Of a stretch of 64,000 bases of DNA, positions 35,544-44,676 are shown one piece after another. The notes under the pieces were generated by a model that was given only the letters and a program-made list of their open reading frames with translations, was not told where the DNA came from and searched no databases. Position 1 is the stretch's first letter; each line of letters begins with the position of its first letter. Source of the DNA: Acidimicrobiia bacterium UBA5794 (lineage in GTDB: Bacteria > Actinomycetota > Acidimicrobiia > Spongiisociales > UBA5794); NCBI GenBank assembly GCA_002418265.1, contig DIDS01000014.1:146503-210502 (forward strand), written 5' to 3'. Both the position numbers and the translations under genes were made by a program.

Positions 35544-36101
35544 CTAGATGATTGCTTCGGCGAGGCGTTCGAGGTCTGCCTTGGTCTTTCCTTCGAATTT
35601 GCTCGCACACACGTCGTCATATCGGGAACACAGTGTCGAACAGGCCGATCCGGTGATCATGTTGTCTGCCATGTCGAAGAGAATCCCGTCTTCCCGTGAG
35701 ATGTGGTCGACAATCAGGTCAACGTATGCGCGTGCGGCATCTCGCACGGCTCGTCCCGCCTGTGCATCACCGGCCCTCGCTTCCTCAAGGCTTGCCACCA
35801 TGTCAGCGACATACACCCGACCCTGTGCATGGTCTTCAAGGAATGCGGCGATCGGACCCGAGTCCGATGGGAGCCCTTCCTCCTCCAAACCCGGAAACAG
35901 GAGATCCTCTTCCTTGCCGTGGTGGAACGCATCGGTGAACAGTCTGAAGAACGTGATGCACGATTCAAGTGTGTCGAATTGCAGTTCCTCGCCACGTTCC
36001 TCATCGGTGAGCATTTCGTCGAGCCGTCCGGCGACCTTGAGAATCAGCTGATGCTCCTCGCGCAGTACGGCAGTTGGTGTTTGTTCGTTTCCTGTCATCA
36101 T
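35544..36101 (-). CDS. hemerythrin (HHE cation-binding) domain protein
   Basis: It has LREEHQLI, FHHGKEEDLLFP and LEDHAQG His/Glu ligand patterns. Confidence 0.8.
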   Translation of the reverse strand: MMTGNEQTPTAVLREEHQLILKVAGRLDEMLTDEERGEELQFDTLESCITFFRLFTDAFHHGKEEDLLFPGLEEEGLPSDSGPIAAFLEDHAQGRVYVADMVASLEEARAGDAQAGRAVRDAARAYVDLIVDHISREDGILFDMADNMITGSACSTLCSRYDDVCASKFEGKTKADLERLAEAII

Positions 36102-36192
36102 TGCGCCAAGCTACTGCACATTTCCGGTGGTGCAAAATCGGCCCAAGCTCGTATCCGATACCGGGGTTTCGTCCGCTGAAAGAACCGTCGCT

Positions 36193-37941
36193 ATGGTGCA
36201 CGGGATGAGAATCCAGCGCTTTGTCGGTGCCGCATCAATCTCATTCGCCTTTTTGCTGTTCGTTTCGCTGTTCGTCGTGTCGTGCACGTCGTCGGGAACC
36301 GATACGACCATCGTTGCGCCACCGTCGTCGACTTCGTCCACCGTCACAACCAGCACGTCGCTGACGACGTCGACCACCGCGCCGCCGGCACCTCCACAGG
36401 AGCATTGGATCAGCATCGAGGGTGACTCGTTTGTCGACACCCGGACCGAAAGCCCGTTCGTACCGATCGGCGTAAACCTCCTGCTCAAGGTGGGTGGTGG
36501 CGGCGGGGATCGGATGTTCGCGTTGTACGACCCCGAGTGGGTCGATACGCAGCTCGACGGCATCGTCTCACTCGGCATGAACACCGTGCGGTTCTTCCTC
36601 GACATGTGCATGGAATGTACGACGACGAACAGTGGGATCAGGCCCGAGTATCTCGACAACCTCGCCGATCTTCTGACACGTCTCGAAGCGCACGGACTCG
36701 TTGCCCTCCCAACGAGCAACGACGTTCCTGATCCCGGATTCTCCAACCGCTTGCCGTGCTGTGAGCCCTTTGGCGGCTACCGGAACTCTCTGTACCTCGC
36801 CCCCGAGGGGCAACAAATTGCAATCGAATATTGGACCCAGCTCATTGAAGGTGTCAAGGAGCGAGGGGCGCCAACTCATCACATCCTCGGATGGCAGCTG
36901 GCGAACGAACAGTTCTATCTGCGCGATGTTCCCCCGATCTCGACAACGACGGGTTCGGTTACCACTGCAGACGGTGAAACCTACGACCTTGCAGACGATT
37001 CGGCTGTCGATTCCATGGTCGTCAACAACCTCCGTTCGTATGTAACCAACGTCGGGAATGCAATCCGTGAAGTGGACGAGGGGGCACTCATCACGATGGG
37101 TTTCTTCTCGGCTGAGGACCCCGAATCGGGGCGTGTCGGTCTCGACAATCGGTGGGTCATCCCTGATGACATCCTCGCCGACTCAACACTCGACTTCGTC
37201 GACCTCCATGCCTACCCCGGGCTTGGCGGCGAGTGGGATGCAATAGCGTCGTCATACGGCATCGCTGATGAGGAACCACCATCTCCCATTCTTTTGGGTG
37301 AATTCGGCGCCTTTGAATCCGCGTATGTCACGCCCTCCGAGGGCGCCGCAGCAATGGCTCGATGGCAGTCGGCGTCATGCGAGTACGGGTTCGACGGGTG
37401 GCTGCTGTGGTTCTGGGGTGCCGACAAGGACGACGAGGTCATACCGGTCGACGTGGATGACGCAGCAATCGCTCGCGCCATTTCACCAGCCGTGAGGCCC
37501 GATCCGTGCGATGTGGGCCCGTTTGAGAGCAGCAACCTTGCGCTTGGCCGCCCGACCACGGCATCCGCCCAAGAGAGCGACACCTACGGGTCGAACAAGG
37601 TGACAGATGGTTCCGATGCCACGTGGTGGAGCGCCGGTGCGGGTCCTCCCCAGTGGGTTGAGATCGATCTGGAGGAAGGCCGCACCGTTGGACGTGTCGA
37701 GATCCTCATCGGACATGTGTCACCCCCGGGCCCACAGACCCACCGGGTGTATCTCAGAGGTCCAGACCAATCAGGGAAGGGGGAACTTGCTGGAGAAATC
37801 CAGGCCAACGCCGCCCAAGGAGACGTCCTGACGATCACGTTTGAACCCGCCACCGATATCCGGTACGTACGGGTCGAGACCACCCGCATGGACGGATGGG
37901 TGATCCTCCACGAGATCCGCGTGTTTGCAGACGAGCAGTGA
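36193..37941 (+). CDS. secreted lipoprotein: clan GH-A (GH5-like) glycoside hydrolase with a C-terminal F5/8 type C (discoidin) domain
   Basis: It has an LFVVSC lipobox and a Ser/Thr/Pro linker. WQLANEQF carries the acid/base Glu and LLGEFGAF the nucleophile Glu. The C-terminus has DGSDATWWSAG..PQWVEIDL. Confidence 0.75.
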   Translation: MVHGMRIQRFVGAASISFAFLLFVSLFVVSCTSSGTDTTIVAPPSSTSSTVTTSTSLTTSTTAPPAPPQEHWISIEGDSFVDTRTESPFVPIGVNLLLKVGGGGGDRMFALYDPEWVDTQLDGIVSLGMNTVRFFLDMCMECTTTNSGIRPEYLDNLADLLTRLEAHGLVALPTSNDVPDPGFSNRLPCCEPFGGYRNSLYLAPEGQQIAIEYWTQLIEGVKERGAPTHHILGWQLANEQFYLRDVPPISTTTGSVTTADGETYDLADDSAVDSMVVNNLRSYVTNVGNAIREVDEGALITMGFFSAEDPESGRVGLDNRWVIPDDILADSTLDFVDLHAYPGLGGEWDAIASSYGIADEEPPSPILLGEFGAFESAYVTPSEGAAAMARWQSASCEYGFDGWLLWFWGADKDDEVIPVDVDDAAIARAISPAVRPDPCDVGPFESSNLALGRPTTASAQESDTYGSNKVTDGSDATWWSAGAGPPQWVEIDLEEGRTVGRVEILIGHVSPPGPQTHRVYLRGPDQSGKGELAGEIQANAAQGDVLTITFEPATDIRYVRVETTRMDGWVILHEIRVFADEQ

Positions 37942-37960
37942 CAACTGGCGAAAGAAGCAG

Positions 37961-38800
37961 ATGAAGGCCAAGGAAACACGGGAGGTCATCCGGCTGTTCC
38001 CAACCCCCAGTACCCGGGTTTCTCTACATGGGCTGTATCTCGCACACGACCTACGTAGCCAAACCCGCAACGATCAGGTGTTCTGCTTCAGCAACTTCGT
38101 GGTCAGCCTTGATGGGAGAGTATCGGTCTCCGATTCGCCTGATGAACCGCCTTCGGGAGTTCCGCCAAGCCTGACCAGTCCGGAGGACTGGAGGTTGTTT
38201 CAAGAACTTGTCGCCCAGGCAGATGCAGTTCTCGTGAGCGGCAGGTATGTCCACGATGTGGGCACCGGTCGGGCGCAGCCACTCGTCCAACTCGACCGGC
38301 CGGGTATGGCAGATCTCGGAGACTGGCGCCGCGACGCGGGCCTGTCACCGGCACCGAGTGTGGTCGTGGTCTCCTCAAGCCTTGACTTCGAGCCTGAGGC
38401 TGCCCTCCGCCTCGGTTCACGGGTGCTCGTTGTCACCGATGACGACGCACCGCGCGAGCGGTCGGCTGCCTTGACTGCCAGCGGTATCGCGGTCGTCAGT
38501 GCCGGCACGAGAGGCGTTGAGGGGTCGCGTCTCGCCGATGCGCTCGCCGAATCAGGCCATCACACGATCTTTGCAACGGCAGGCCCGGTGATTCTGCATT
38601 TGCTGGTCGCAGCAGGGCTTCTGGACCGCCTGTTCATCACCTCGGTCGGCCGTCTGCTTGGGGGACATCACTTTTCGACCTTGTCCGAAGGAGAGCTGTT
38701 TGTCCCACCCGCCGGGTTCCAGCTCGAGGCGTTGTATCTGGATCCGGAAAGCCACAGACCCGAGTCGCAGCTGTTTGCGCTCTACACAACCAACACCTGA
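37961..38800 (+). CDS. RibD C-terminal domain (dihydrofolate-reductase-like) family protein
   Basis: It has NFVVSLDGRVS and LLDRLFITSVGRLLGG patterns. The start is set at ATG 37961, after the upstream stop. Confidence 0.7.
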   Translation: MKAKETREVIRLFPTPSTRVSLHGLYLAHDLRSQTRNDQVFCFSNFVVSLDGRVSVSDSPDEPPSGVPPSLTSPEDWRLFQELVAQADAVLVSGRYVHDVGTGRAQPLVQLDRPGMADLGDWRRDAGLSPAPSVVVVSSSLDFEPEAALRLGSRVLVVTDDDAPRERSAALTASGIAVVSAGTRGVEGSRLADALAESGHHTIFATAGPVILHLLVAAGLLDRLFITSVGRLLGGHHFSTLSEGELFVPPAGFQLEALYLDPESHRPESQLFALYTTNT

Positions 38801-38956
38801 TCATTTCCACATTGCCGGTGCGCACAGGCCCTCTGTCGTGAGCCCTCTGGTGCGTCCTCCTCGGGCGGTAGCGTGGTTCCGTGCGGTTGGCCATTGACAC
38901 ACCGATCGTTCCGGCGTTGAATTGCAGCAACAGGGCCGACCAAGAGGGGTGTACGA

Positions 38957-39520
38957 ATGAAACGACTCACGGCAATCGCGTTCGCTCTCGTAATGTCGGC
39001 TGCGGCGTGCAGTGGTACAGATGCGAACGACACTCCGACAACCGGTGCACCACCTGACGACGCCACGACATCGACATCGCAAGCTGGCTCTGGTACCACC
39101 TCAACGGTGGCATCAAGCTCCACCTCCAACGTGTCACTGGATGACCCATGCGCCATTGTCGATAACGAGTCGGTAAGCGCCATGCTCGGCAAGGGGGTGA
39201 CCGGCGAGAAGCTGAGTACGGGACTCTGCGCGTATGTACCCACCGATGGAAGTGGGGGCGTTGAGCTGTTGATCGAGGATGTGTCGGCGATTGGATGTGA
39301 CGTGGTCTTCAGCGCTGGTGGATTCAACGACGATGAACCTGCAGAAGGCATCGGCACCTATGCAAAGTACAAGGCCGACGGAAGCGGAGGCACACAACAG
39401 ATGGCTGTGTGTTTCGATGAACAGTATTCGCTCGTCGCGGTGCTGTACGCGGACAATTCGGCTCCCAAAGAAACGCTCACCGACATCGCGGACGCGGTCG
39501 GAAGCGGTTTGGGCTACTAG
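38957..39520 (+). CDS. secreted lipoprotein (DUF3558-like)
   Basis: It has an MSAAAC lipobox, a Thr/Ser-rich linker and conserved Cys pairs. Confidence 0.65.
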   Translation: MKRLTAIAFALVMSAAACSGTDANDTPTTGAPPDDATTSTSQAGSGTTSTVASSSTSNVSLDDPCAIVDNESVSAMLGKGVTGEKLSTGLCAYVPTDGSGGVELLIEDVSAIGCDVVFSAGGFNDDEPAEGIGTYAKYKADGSGGTQQMAVCFDEQYSLVAVLYADNSAPKETLTDIADAVGSGLGY

Positions 39521-39593
39521 TTCGAAATCGCCTTCTTGGCTCGTGTGACCCACTCAACCTGTCCAAACGTCGCCCATCGTTAGAGTTCTGTCG

Positions 39594-40097
39594 ATGAAAC
39601 AATGGCTGACTGATCATTGGTCAACCGCGGGAGCCGTACTCGTGGCGGGTGTACTCACCGCTGCCTTCGGCAACATTGCGTTCCAGTCGCTCCTCGACTG
39701 GATCGATCCAAGCAGAATCGATGACGACTTCGCACGTGGTGCTCTCGGATTCGGCGGAGGAGCCGACCCTGGCCAGACGGCACTGAACACCACGGCGATC
39801 ATCACGGTGCTTTTTGGCTCCGTCGTGATCGTCTGTGCGGTTCTCGTCATTGGACTGGCCCTTCGCAAGATTTGGGCTCGCGAGGGTGCATTCTTTGTCT
39901 TCGGACTGCTCGGGTTGGTGTCGGTCGGTGCATCCCTTGCCGGTTTCGCCGCGGATCCACCAGCTCCTTCAGCCTCGGTCGGGATGGCGACCGGGATCGC
40001 CAACTTCGTTGTTGTTGCGCTGCTTCTGATGCCAGCGACGCGGCTCGACTTCGACCCCTTCGCCGGCTACCACCGCGACGCTGTTCGCTCTCAGTGA
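39594..40097 (+). CDS. hypothetical membrane protein (4 predicted TM helices)
   Basis: It has hydrophobic segments throughout. No family recognised. Confidence 0.55.
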   Translation: MKQWLTDHWSTAGAVLVAGVLTAAFGNIAFQSLLDWIDPSRIDDDFARGALGFGGGADPGQTALNTTAIITVLFGSVVIVCAVLVIGLALRKIWAREGAFFVFGLLGLVSVGASLAGFAADPPAPSASVGMATGIANFVVVALLLMPATRLDFDPFAGYHRDAVRSQ

Positions 40098-40106
40098 TGG
40101 GGCGTA

Positions 40107-40487
40107 TCAGCCCGATGGCTGTGCGAACGCCAGGACGTGACCATCGGGATCAAGGGAGTAGGCAGCCTCGTCACCCCAGTCCCGTGGTGCCAATGCGTCA
40201 AGCTCGGTCGCACCCGAGTCGAGTGCACGACCATGGAATGATCCCGGATCGTCCACGACAAGGTAGAGCTCGCAACGCGGCGTATCGTCCTCCCCACCAC
40301 GTGGAAGTGTGGGGAGCAGGCGCCTAATCGCTTCGAACGGCATGAGACCGAGCGTCGCTCCGCCCGGGAGCAGGAACTGGGTCATCCCCGGTACGTCCAG
40401 GACGGGTTCACAGCCCAGAACGGCACGATAGAACGCCGTCGATCGACTCTGGTCCGCCACATAGAGAACGATCAGTGTGGATTCCAC
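40107..40487 (-). CDS. VOC (glyoxalase/bleomycin resistance) family protein
   Basis: It is 126 aa with the VLYVADQSRSTAFY start and a DPDGHVLAF C-terminal pattern. Confidence 0.8.
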   Translation of the reverse strand: MESTLIVLYVADQSRSTAFYRAVLGCEPVLDVPGMTQFLLPGGATLGLMPFEAIRRLLPTLPRGGEDDTPRCELYLVVDDPGSFHGRALDSGATELDALAPRDWGDEAAYSLDPDGHVLAFAQPSG

Positions 40488-40589
40488 GACACCTCACACC
40501 GCCACATCCCTATCGCCAGGTTCGACCCTGCCGCGGCGTCCCACAGGTTGCATCGGTGAGGACCGCAACACGTCGTCACCGGTGGTGTG

Positions 40590-40919
40590 CTACGCATCAC
40601 AATTCACTGCAACGGCGAGCGCCAAGCAGATCTCACGCATTCGCTGATCGGCAAGCCGACCGAGTCGGTGCGTGAGCCTCGCAAGTGAGACATTCTCGAC
40701 CGAGTCAAGATTGACGGCAGATCGCAATGGGATCGGATCGTCTCCCGGCTCGAGTTGGACCTCACTTGCCAAACCTCTGATGGTGGTCGTGCAGGGGGCG
40801 ACGAGTGCACGACCAAGCCGTGGGATGGCAGCATCACGCGACAACACAACGACCGGTCGGCGTGAGACCTCTGGCAATTCGCACCACCACACCTCACCTC
40901 TGTGCGGAACATCCTTCAC
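40590..40919 (-). CDS. mazF: MazF/PemK-family endoribonuclease toxin
   Basis: It has the [10 protein letters not shown]....RPVVVLS pattern and is 109 aa. GTGA overlap with the antitoxin gene. Confidence 0.85.
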   Translation of the reverse strand: MKDVPHRGEVWWCELPEVSRRPVVVLSRDAAIPRLGRALVAPCTTTIRGLASEVQLEPGDDPIPLRSAVNLDSVENVSLARLTHRLGRLADQRMREICLALAVAVNCDA

Positions 40920-41155
40920 TCGACACCAGCAGCAGCGTCATGAAAGGAGTCCAGACCACCCCATGCATCGGGGTCAGAGAGGGGCTGATCGTCATAAGCC
41001 GAGTAGCTTGTATCGATCTCAGCACCCCGTTGAGTCGCCAGCAGTGACGCAAGTGCCTCATCGAGGAGCGCGGCGTCGTTGAGTTCGGAGCGTGACCGTC
41101 TCGCTGCGGTGATCAGGGTTTCGTCAACCGTTGTACTAACCCGAATGCGTGGCAT
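40916..41155 (-). CDS. mazE: MazE-like antitoxin
   Basis: It is 79 aa and lies upstream of and overlapping mazF. It has an acidic C-terminus. Confidence 0.75.
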   Translation of the reverse strand: MPRIRVSTTVDETLITAARRSRSELNDAALLDEALASLLATQRGAEIDTSYSAYDDQPLSDPDAWGGLDSFHDAAAGVE

Positions 41156-41183
41156 GCCACAACTATGCCATCTTCATGGCATA
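41149..41183. promoter_or_regulatory. candidate mazEF operator: four ATGCCA/TGGCAT half-sites
   Basis: The 12-bp palindrome GTGGCATGCCAC (41149-41160) covers the mazE start codon. A second inverted repeat, TATGCCAT-cttc-ATGGCATA, lies at 41164-41183. Confidence 0.6.
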
Positions 41184-41233
41184 TCGTCAAGAAGCGTCTT
41201 TCTTCCGCCCTCACGCCCCGGTGAGTGACAACG

Positions 41234-42016
41234 TCATTGTGGTTCGGGTCCATCCTGCCTGGTGTCAAAGATGGGGGGTACCGGTTCCGTGGCGCGCTCG
41301 CTCTGGCGTTGACCGACCAGGAGACCAACGATCATGCTGACGAAGGTGATCAGATACACCTGACCAAGAATGGTTTCGAACATTGAAAGCAGTCGGCCAA
41401 ACGCTGAGGTCGTGGTGAGGTCGCCGTAGCCAAGCGTTGCAATGGTCACGAAGCTGTAATACATGAAGCTCGTCGTGGGCTCAGCTGAACCGAAGAAGGC
41501 ACCGTCGATGGCCGAATCGGTCAGGAGGAACATGAAGTCGAACGTCAGGGCTATCAGCAGGTAGGCAGCCACCGCACCGAGCAACGTGCTGAGCGTTGCT
41601 CGACGATGCTTCATGAGGCGTCTCACCAAAACGATGGGGGCAAGCGCCGAAAGGATCACCCACGCAAGTGACGGTGTGAAGGACGAGACACGAGATCCGC
41701 CGTCGCCGGTGAGGATGTCGACAGCAAAGATCACAAGCGTTGCGCTGACACCGATCCCGATTGCGATATCGGCCACAAGCAAAAACCGCGTTCCAACGCC
41801 AGACGCACGAAGCGCGAGCAGGAGCGTTGCCCCGACGATCAACGTGACAAACACAATCCCGATCTCGGAAATGATGCTGTCCGAATCCGAGCTCAGATCG
41901 ACAAGAGACAGCGTCACGACAGCCACCACAATCACGACCAGAAGTAAGCCGAAACGGTCGACGTACTTCGACTCGTCCTCGAACAACCTCCATCTGCTCT
42001 GTTGCGATGTACTCAT
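41234..42016 (-). CDS. potassium channel family protein
   Basis: It has the selectivity filter TLGYGD in YYSFVTIATLGYGDLT, preceded by TM helices. Confidence 0.85.
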   Translation of the reverse strand: MSTSQQSRWRLFEDESKYVDRFGLLLVVIVVAVVTLSLVDLSSDSDSIISEIGIVFVTLIVGATLLLALRASGVGTRFLLVADIAIGIGVSATLVIFAVDILTGDGGSRVSSFTPSLAWVILSALAPIVLVRRLMKHRRATLSTLLGAVAAYLLIALTFDFMFLLTDSAIDGAFFGSAEPTTSFMYYSFVTIATLGYGDLTTTSAFGRLLSMFETILGQVYLITFVSMIVGLLVGQRQSERATEPVPPIFDTRQDGPEPQ

Positions 42017-42095
42017 GTGTCATCCGTATCCATGGGAGCGCCGATGGTAGATACCTCAACCGTGGCAAGGGGGTATCCATGGCGGCATCTGCTCT

Positions 42096-43397
42096 TCAGC
42101 TGCAGTTGCCATTCTCTTGAGCAAAACGCACCAAAGCACCATCGAGAGCTTCGAGGGCCTGGCTTGCATCTGCCTCACTGAACACCAAGGGTGGTCGGAT
42201 CTTGATGATGTTGTGATGCGGACCGTTGGTCCCCGTCAGGACACCATGGTCGCAAAGGTCGCTGACGATGCCATTCACCCGTGACTCGGACATCGGTTCC
42301 TTCGTTTCGCGGTCGCCGACAAGCTCAACACCCCAAAAGAGCCCCTTCCCGTGAATGGTCCCGATGATGTCATGAGTCCGGGAAAGCTGTTCGAGTCCAT
42401 CTCGCAAGACCGCGCCAACGATGTCAACGTTGTCAAGGAGCTGCTCATCGTCGATCACGTCAATGACTGCAAGGGCCACCTCACACGACACCGGATTTCC
42501 ACCAAACGTGTTGAAGTACGAGTCCGCTTCTGCAAACGAACGGGCGATCTCGGGTGTCGTGATCACCGCCGCAACCGGATGTCCCGCACCCATCGGTTTA
42601 CCAAGCGTGACAATGTCGGGAACGATGTCGTAGTCCTCAAATCCCCACCATGTTTCCCCCGTGCGACAGTATCCGGCCTGCACCTCGTCCGCTATGACAA
42701 GACCGCCGAGATCGCGAACATGTCGAGCGGCGAGACTGAGATAGTCCTTCGGAGCGTTGAGGAATCCGTTGGCATCCCACGTGCTGTCGACAAGGAAGGC
42801 TGCGACACCCACACCGGAGTCCCTCAGCCGGATTCCCGCACGCCGAACGTCACCGGCGTAGTGGACGCCAGCGCCGCCGCCTGTGTGCGTCCCGCGGTAG
42901 GTGTTGGGAGCCTCCGCGACCCCGATCCAGTCGGGAACCCTGTCTCCGGGACGCCGATGTGACAACGAGAGTTGATCGATGAGGGTGGAGTTGCCGTGGT
43001 ACGAGTGGTCGTTGACAATCACACCGTTGTGTCCGGTCACGTTGCGTGCAATCCGGACGGCAAGATCGTTCGCTTCGCTGCCGGTACACACGAAAAAGGC
43101 CGACGACAGGTCTCCACCAAGCTTGACTTCAAGGCGCTCAGCGAGGTCCACCACGCTGTGGTGAAGATATCGAGTGTGCGTGTTGAGGGTGCTCGCCTGT
43201 CTCGTCAACGCCTCGACAACACGCGGGTGGCTGTGCCCAACCGACGCCACGTTGTTGTAACAGTCGAGGTACTCCTTACCGTTGGCGTCGTAGAGGTGAA
43301 CGCCCTTTCCTCGGACGATCTCGATCGGGTCGTCGTAGAACAGCTCGTAGCTCGGCGCAAGCGCCGACTGTCTGCGTCCAAGAAGATCATCGGTCAC
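42096..43397 (-). CDS. class III (PLP) aminotransferase family, AGXT2L-type (possible phospho-lyase)
   Basis: It has DEVQAGYCRTGETWWGFEDYDIVPDIVTLGKPMGAGHP (PLP Lys). The GTG start overlaps the kinase stop (GTGA). Confidence 0.85.
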   Translation of the reverse strand: MTDDLLGRRQSALAPSYELFYDDPIEIVRGKGVHLYDANGKEYLDCYNNVASVGHSHPRVVEALTRQASTLNTHTRYLHHSVVDLAERLEVKLGGDLSSAFFVCTGSEANDLAVRIARNVTGHNGVIVNDHSYHGNSTLIDQLSLSHRRPGDRVPDWIGVAEAPNTYRGTHTGGGAGVHYAGDVRRAGIRLRDSGVGVAAFLVDSTWDANGFLNAPKDYLSLAARHVRDLGGLVIADEVQAGYCRTGETWWGFEDYDIVPDIVTLGKPMGAGHPVAAVITTPEIARSFAEADSYFNTFGGNPVSCEVALAVIDVIDDEQLLDNVDIVGAVLRDGLEQLSRTHDIIGTIHGKGLFWGVELVGDRETKEPMSESRVNGIVSDLCDHGVLTGTNGPHHNIIKIRPPLVFSEADASQALEALDGALVRFAQENGNCS

Positions 43398-44542
43398 GTT
43401 CGGCCTCCCGCGAGTACCGCATGGAGTCGGTGTGTCAACTGATCCGGGTCAAGCGTGAGCCATCTCGCCAACCCAGCAAGGGCTTCGGGGCGTTCTCGCA
43501 TGATGTTCGTCGTGTGGCCGGACTCCTTGGCGATCATGAAGTCGAAGAGGAGCAGCCCCAACACCAATCTGGCGAGAATGAGGTCGAAGAGCGCATCCAC
43601 TTCTTCGTCTTGCAGCGGGAATACCGAGTTGAACCCGGTGGCGAGCGACTCGACCGAGGTGATCGGGTCGTCGCTGGCTCTCACAAAACTCGATGCAGAC
43701 ACGGCGAGATCGTCGACGAGCGGAGCCTTGACCATGTCACCGAAGTCGATCACGCCTGTCAGACCATGGCTCGACTCGTTGGCTCGGAGGAGGTTCCCTC
43801 GATGGGCGTCGTTGTGAATGACCTGTCGGCGCAAACCGTCGAACCTTGCAGATACCACATCGGTGAGGTATCCCCTTTGGTCTCCGACAACGGCGATCAC
43901 GTCAGCCTGGGCGTGGCGCCACAGCTGGTCACTTTGGATCAACCCATTCGAGATGTCCCACGGCATGAAGTGGTCAGCACCGGCGTGATCAAATCCGCTG
44001 AGGGCGCGACACATCCTGGCCTGAACGCGCCCAATTGCTTGGAGTGCCGATGCTGGCACGTTGCGTGCCGCATCGAACGTGACCCCGGGAAGGTACGTGA
44101 CAAGGCGCATCTGGTGAGTCGATCCGGAACGATCCACAATCACACCGACTGCCTTGCCGTCGACCTGGTCGATGACCCGCGGCACCGGTAGCTCCGGAAC
44201 TGATGCCTCAAGGTGCTTGAGGACTGACACCTGGAGGTCAACGACCAGGGGATCCTCACCTTGACCGGCAATCTTGAGGACAAAATCGCCGTCACTCGTC
44301 TCGATCCGCACGTTCTGATCCCGCTCCCCCGACAGTTGTGTCATCCGCCCAGACAGACCGTACAAATGCCGCGCGGCGCTTTCCACATCGTCAAGCGAGA
44401 TGGTCGGCGGGTTGAATCTGAAATCTTCGAGCGTGAGTTCTCTTGTTGGCACCCACCCAGTGTGTGGCCTTGCCAGTGAGATCGCAAATGCTGTGGATCC
44501 ACACGGCGAGTGCATGGTCCACAGGCAGCGTACCTGGTTCAC
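43394..44542 (-). CDS. aminoglycoside-phosphotransferase-fold kinase (hydroxylysine-kinase-like)
   Basis: It has the HNDAHRGNLL catalytic loop and the IDFGD motif. The start may be internal (for example ATG 44515). Confidence 0.8.
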   Translation of the reverse strand: MNQVRCLWTMHSPCGSTAFAISLARPHTGWVPTRELTLEDFRFNPPTISLDDVESAARHLYGLSGRMTQLSGERDQNVRIETSDGDFVLKIAGQGEDPLVVDLQVSVLKHLEASVPELPVPRVIDQVDGKAVGVIVDRSGSTHQMRLVTYLPGVTFDAARNVPASALQAIGRVQARMCRALSGFDHAGADHFMPWDISNGLIQSDQLWRHAQADVIAVVGDQRGYLTDVVSARFDGLRRQVIHNDAHRGNLLRANESSHGLTGVIDFGDMVKAPLVDDLAVSASSFVRASDDPITSVESLATGFNSVFPLQDEEVDALFDLILARLVLGLLLFDFMIAKESGHTTNIMRERPEALAGLARWLTLDPDQLTHRLHAVLAGGRT

Positions 44543-44676
44543 GTGTGCGAAGACGGTGGGAATAGCGCGCTGGAGGCGACCGTTGACCGATATGTATCGA
44601 GAATCAAGGGATGAGACGGCAGCGGTGCCGTCTCAGACTGCCTTCTCGCGACCGAACACCGAACCAGGAGCTGATC

